From sequence record SRR20825006_718: 50,639 bases of DNA; one strand, 5' to 3'. The translations under genes and the position numbers were made by a program. Numbering within the stretch: position 1 is the first letter of the stretch; each line of letters starts with the position of its first letter. This document shows, piece by piece, positions 46,679 through 50,639 of this stretch. Under the pieces are notes generated by a model. It made no database searches, had not been told where the DNA came from, and saw nothing but the letters and a program-made list of their open reading frames with translations.

Positions 46679-47890
46679 TTATTTCCTTTTTAGTAGCGCC
46701 ATATAGAAGCCGTCAAACCCTGTTTCAGAGGCAAAAACATTTCTTTCCTTGACAAATTCAAACTCCTTTCCATTCTCGGATGCCAAGAAAGTTTTAACCT
46801 GTTCTGAATTTTCTTGTGGTAGAATGGAGCAGGTGGCGTAGACCATTTGCCCGCCTTTTTTGACCATTTTACTATAATTCTGAAGGATATCTTGCTGGAC
46901 TCCCATGATACGGTCCACAAATTCAGGCTCCAATTTCCATTTTGAATCAGGATTTCGCTTGATTACCCCCAAACCAGAACATGGAGCATCGAGCAGAACC
47001 CTATCGGCACTATTGTGAAGCTTTTTGATGACTTTATTGGAATCGATAACACGGGTTTCCACATTGTGGACCCCATTGCGTCTTGCTCTCTTTTTAAGTT
47101 TTTTGAGCTTACTTTCATAAATATCCAAAGCGATCAATTGCCCTTTGTTCTGCATTTGTGAAGCCAAGTGAAGGGACTTTCCACCCGCACCTGCACAAGC
47201 ATCCACCACGCGTTGACCAGGTTCTACTTCCAAAAATGGGGCGACCAATTGTGAAGAGGCATCCTGAACTTCGAACAATCCATCTTTAAAGGCTTGGGTT
47301 ACAAATACATTTTGACGTTCCACAAGTTTCAGGGCATCAGGGTAGCCCTCGATAAATTCTGTAGCGATATCTTCCTTTGCCAAAAATGACTTCAATTGCG
47401 GTTTGGGAACTTTGAGCGTGTTGGTTCGTAGGATGACATCGGCCTGTTTGTTTTGGGCCGCGATTTCTTTGGTCCAAAGTTCTGTTCCTAAAGATTTTTC
47501 ACCGAGTTCATCCATCCAATCCGGCACGGATTCCCGAATTTTTCGAATTTTGGAAAGTTCATCGAACCTACCTTTAATGCGGCGTTCTGGTGTGCCTTCC
47601 AATTGTTTCCAATCCGGAATGCGAATACCTCTAAGAACGCACCAAACTCCGAACAAACGGAACAAATGTTCCCTGCTGTAGGGTTCGTGTATTTCTGAGA
47701 TTTCTGAATATAGGCGTTTCCATCGAACAATATCATAAGTGGTCTCGGCGATAAAGCCACGATCCCGGGAGCCCCAACGCTTATCGTAGCGCAATACTTT
47801 TTCTATCACCTTATCGGCATATTCCCCTTCGTTGAAAATCATGTGAAGGGCATCAATCACGGCAAATACCAAGTTTCTATGTAAACGCAT
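46679..47890 (-). CDS. RsmB/NOP family RNA m5C methyltransferase
   Basis: QDASSQ, DACAGAGGKS, DAPCSGLG, YATCS, DGFY; start set to ATG 47890. Confidence 0.94.
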   Translation of the reverse strand: MRLHRNLVFAVIDALHMIFNEGEYADKVIEKVLRYDKRWGSRDRGFIAETTYDIVRWKRLYSEISEIHEPYSREHLFRLFGVWCVLRGIRIPDWKQLEGTPERRIKGRFDELSKIRKIRESVPDWMDELGEKSLGTELWTKEIAAQNKQADVILRTNTLKVPKPQLKSFLAKEDIATEFIEGYPDALKLVERQNVFVTQAFKDGLFEVQDASSQLVAPFLEVEPGQRVVDACAGAGGKSLHLASQMQNKGQLIALDIYESKLKKLKKRARRNGVHNVETRVIDSNKVIKKLHNSADRVLLDAPCSGLGVIKRNPDSKWKLEPEFVDRIMGVQQDILQNYSKMVKKGGQMVYATCSILPQENSEQVKTFLASENGKEFEFVKERNVFASETGFDGFYMALLKRK

Positions 47891-47907
47891 CATATAAAAT
47901 AAGGTTG

Positions 47908-47934
47908 CAAAGGTATGATTTCTCCTTACTTTTG
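47908..47934. promoter_or_regulatory. Back-to-back divergent -7 promoter elements
   Basis: TACCTTTG on - (47908-47915) and TACTTTTG on + (47927-47934). Confidence 0.62.
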
Positions 47935-47949
47935 AAGAAAATAAATATA

Positions 47950-48981
47950 ATGAGGTCAATCCTATCTCTTTTTGCCGTTCTAGTTTTGTTTTCTTGTACC
48001 GAAGAAGCCAAAAAACAACCTTTTCAATCCGTGGAAATGACTCCTGTTTTTCAGGATTCGGTTAGTATTCGTGCGATTACATTTTTGGATGGTAGAACAT
48101 TAGCGTTTGCAGGTAGCAATGGGATGTACGGTACGGTAGATGTAAGTTCCAATAAGGTAAGGGCCAGCACTCAATATTATGATTCCATCACACCAAGTTT
48201 TAGGGCCGTCGGCGGAACTTCCGAAGATTTTTTTATGCTTTCCATTGAAAGCCCGGCATTGTTGTACAAAACAGGTGATAAGGGCCAGATGGAATTGGTC
48301 TATACCGAAGAGGGTGAGGGTGTCTTTTATGACAGCCTTGCTTTTTGGAACGATACCGAAGGTATTGCAGTGGGCGATACGGTCAATGGTTGTCTTTCCA
48401 TAATTATCACAAGGGATGGAGGTGCCAGTTGGACCAAGTTGGCTTGTTCGGAATTACCTGATGGCATTGAAGGTGAAGGTGCCTTCGCGGCAAGCAACAG
48501 CAATATTGCCGTACAGGGAAATAAAGTTTGGATAGGTACCACGGAGGGAAGAATTTATTTTTCTGCGGATAAAGGAGTTACTTGGGACATTCAGGAGACC
48601 CCGATAATTTCGGACGAACCTACCCAAGGCATCTATTCCATGGATTTTTTTGATGAAATGAATGGGTTTGCCATTGGAGGGGACTACACTAAACCGGAAT
48701 CGAACACGGGCAACAAGATAAAAACAGCCGATGGTGGTAGAACGTGGCAATTGATGGCCGATGGTCAAGAGCCGGATTACAAAAGTTGTGTGCAATATGT
48801 ACCAAATTCAAACGGAGAAGCTCTGGTCGCAATTGGTTTTACCGGAATCTCTTACTCTTCGGATAGAGGGGCAAACTGGAAAGAATTGAGTGAGGAGCCT
48901 TTCTTTACTCTTCGTTTCCTTAACGATTCCACTGCATTTGCTGCGGGGAGCAATCGGATTGCAAAACTGGTATTCAAGTAA
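47950..48981 (+). CDS. YCF48-like BNR-repeat beta-propeller lipoprotein
   Basis: Lipobox LFSC; TRDGGASW, SADKGVTW, TADGGRTW, SSDRGANW; EGAFAASN. Confidence 0.85.
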   Translation: MRSILSLFAVLVLFSCTEEAKKQPFQSVEMTPVFQDSVSIRAITFLDGRTLAFAGSNGMYGTVDVSSNKVRASTQYYDSITPSFRAVGGTSEDFFMLSIESPALLYKTGDKGQMELVYTEEGEGVFYDSLAFWNDTEGIAVGDTVNGCLSIIITRDGGASWTKLACSELPDGIEGEGAFAASNSNIAVQGNKVWIGTTEGRIYFSADKGVTWDIQETPIISDEPTQGIYSMDFFDEMNGFAIGGDYTKPESNTGNKIKTADGGRTWQLMADGQEPDYKSCVQYVPNSNGEALVAIGFTGISYSSDRGANWKELSEEPFFTLRFLNDSTAFAAGSNRIAKLVFK

Positions 48982-49011
48982 AAAGAATACTTTTTTTGTT
49001 TTTTTGATTAT

Positions 49012-49452
49012 CTAATCCCGTCCCCGCCGTTTTCGGAACTGTTGAATCATCTGTCTTTTAAAATCCTCTTCGGCCTTGACCAACAAAAGCACTTTCTTGG
49101 CAGGGATCACTGTTCGCAGTTTGGATAAAAATTCTTGTTCCGCCTTTTGTTTATTGAATTGTAGGGCGATGAGGTTATCCAATAATTTTTCAGATTCGTT
49201 AGTGGAGAGTTCTTGTGCATGGGCAATATTGTTACGCAGCTCTGCACGCTCCTTTCTACGGATATCTTCCATGATTTCTTCATGGTCGTTATAGATGGGC
49301 CAAAATTCTTGGGCTTCCTTCGAGGTTAAACCCACTTGCTCTGTAATAAAGGCCACTTTAAGGGTCTTAATGCGGTCTCGAACAGGTCCTTGGGCATGAG
49401 CCAAAAAGGTCCCGAACAATAAGATATAGAGTACAAGTGCTTTCTTATTCAT
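49012..49452 (-). CDS. Periplasmic helical protein associated with the ECF sigma operon
   Basis: Signal peptide, LKVAFITE..GLT..EAQ.FWPIYN, AEEDFKR. Confidence 0.75.
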   Translation of the reverse strand: MNKKALVLYILLFGTFLAHAQGPVRDRIKTLKVAFITEQVGLTSKEAQEFWPIYNDHEEIMEDIRRKERAELRNNIAHAQELSTNESEKLLDNLIALQFNKQKAEQEFLSKLRTVIPAKKVLLLVKAEEDFKRQMIQQFRKRRGRD

Positions 49453-49981
49453 AATCAAGGTCTTCTAAATTTAATTCTTCAATGTCATCCACATTCTCGT
49501 CCAAATATTCCATAATGATGGATTCTTCTAAGTCATCAACCAAAATATCGTTCAGTTCAACTTCTTCCAAAGAAACTACTTCGGCAATTTCGTAAGAGGT
49601 CATTTCTAATTCGGTATTCTCCAAATAAGCTTCTATCTCTGCATTGGCCAAATCATCAAACGTGATGGGGTCGGAGGTAGGGTTTCCGGTGATACTAAAA
49701 ATCAATATAAAGATGGCGGCTATTGCAGCAACACCTGTATACAGCAGGTATCGATTTGTTCCCAGAGGAACAATCTTTGTTTCTTTTTCCGAAGTTTTGG
49801 AAAGTATATTGGATTCAACTTTATCAAAATAGCCATCAGGAAGGGTAAAACCATCAGTTTTTGGAATAATACCGTCATTTTCATGAGCTTCTTCCGCTTT
49901 GATTTTGTCCATGAGACGGTCATTGAAGTTCTCAAAGTAGCCTTCCGGGGTATTAAATGTATTTTTTTTATCCTTTTTCAT
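49445..49981 (-). CDS. Putative single-pass anti-sigma factor
   Basis: Repeated F.(T/L)P(E/D)GYF motif, one TM helix, acidic C-terminus; directly downstream of the ECF sigma gene. Confidence 0.7.
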   Translation of the reverse strand: MKKDKKNTFNTPEGYFENFNDRLMDKIKAEEAHENDGIIPKTDGFTLPDGYFDKVESNILSKTSEKETKIVPLGTNRYLLYTGVAAIAAIFILIFSITGNPTSDPITFDDLANAEIEAYLENTELEMTSYEIAEVVSLEEVELNDILVDDLEESIIMEYLDENVDDIEELNLEDLDYE

Positions 49982-49991
49982 TACTGTGGTA

Positions 49992-50017
49992 TGACTTCTA
50001 AACTAGCCAAAGGTTTA
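49992..50017 (-). promoter_or_regulatory. Putative ECF promoter TAAACC-N16-GTCA (internal copy)
   Basis: TGAC at 49992-49995 and GGTTTA at 50012-50017 on +. Confidence 0.62.
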
Positions 50018-50557
50018 ATTTTCTTTGAGGTAGGTTTCGATTTTTTTTACCGCCAAGTGGTACGATGCTTTTAAGGCACCTTCCGAAGTTTCCAGAGCTT
50101 CGGAAATATCCTTGTACTTCATTTCCTGAAAATACTTCATGGTGAACACTAACTTTTGTTTGTCCGGAAGCGTAGCCAGGGCCTTTTGTAATTTGAGTTG
50201 AATCTCGTCCCCTTCAAAATAGACATCGGCTTGAAGGTTCTCTACCATCCGCTCTTTTAGTTCTTGGTCGCTCAACCCCAATTTTTTTGATTTCTGTTTT
50301 AAAAACGTCAACGATTCGTTGGTGGCAATACGGTACATCCAAGAATATAGCTTACTATCTCCTTTGAATTTTTCGATATTCCTGTAGACTTTGATAAAAG
50401 TATTCTGAAGCACATCGTCCGTGTCATCGTGATCAAGCACAATTCTACGAATATGCCAATACAAACGTTCTTTATAAGTGTTCACCAACACTTCAAATGC
50501 TTTTGCTCGACTTTCTTCTTTTTGTAGTTCTTGGACTAAAGTTTCCTCAGCAATCAA
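50015..50557 (-). CDS. ECF RNA polymerase sigma factor
   Basis: DDVLQNTFIKVY, F.GDSKLYSWMYRIATNE, SEGALKASYH; TTG start. Confidence 0.94.
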   Translation of the reverse strand: MIAEETLVQELQKEESRAKAFEVLVNTYKERLYWHIRRIVLDHDDTDDVLQNTFIKVYRNIEKFKGDSKLYSWMYRIATNESLTFLKQKSKKLGLSDQELKERMVENLQADVYFEGDEIQLKLQKALATLPDKQKLVFTMKYFQEMKYKDISEALETSEGALKASYHLAVKKIETYLKEN

Positions 50558-50578
50558 TGTTCTTGTTGTTTGATGCTT

Positions 50579-50604
50579 TGACTAAGGTAATGGGAAAAGG
50601 TTTA
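50579..50604 (-). promoter_or_regulatory. Putative ECF promoter TAAACC-N16-GTCA (upstream of the sigma gene)
   Basis: TGAC at 50579-50582 and GGTTTA at 50599-50604 on +; same spacing as the internal copy. Confidence 0.65.
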
Positions 50605-50609
50605 ATTTT

Positions 50610-50639
50610 AGTAAGCAGTAAGCAGTAAGCAGTAAGCAG
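50610..50639. repeat. 7-bp tandem repeat (AGTAAGC)x4+, truncated by window end
   Basis: Units at 50610, 50617, 50624, 50631 plus a partial AG. Confidence 0.95.

Noticed and set aside
1-50639. CRISPR array, rRNA, tRNA, integrase, transposase, reverse transcriptase
   Set aside because: I found no repeat-spacer periodicity, no recognisable RNA gene and no ORF with such motifs. The heptamer arrays have no spacers.

Overview
Core-chromosome segment (possibly a whole contig) of a Bacteroidota bacterium, most likely marine Flavobacteriaceae. This is inferred from gene content, A/C-rich leaders without Shine-Dalgarno motifs and TAnnTTTG -7 promoter elements. It carries about 40 genes: five tandem 2TM-domain genes plus a LytTR regulator, a LETM1-like protein, a TPR lipoprotein, MscS, CorA, OmpW, two ECF sigma/anti-sigma modules, SodC, secreted peptidases and amidohydrolases, a TMEM175 channel, fused trehalose-6-P synthase/phosphatase divergent from a GH15, a MarR-led beta-oxidation operon, purL, an SDR-AraC pair and an RsmB-family methyltransferase. 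I saw no rRNA, tRNA, CRISPR array, integrase or transposase. The most unusual signal is non-coding. A low-GC four-helix-bundle (23S-IVP/Avd-like) gene inside the beta-oxidation operon is bracketed by inverted arrays of a 7-bp repeat, and a gene-less hairpin of the same 7-bp family sits one gene away. Both ends of the window also lie inside 7-bp tandem arrays. One arm of a palindromic repeat is embedded in-frame in purL, and several regulator sites can be read directly (LytTR, FNR-like, MarR, duplicated ECF promoter). All family calls come from motif recognition by eye, without database searches.
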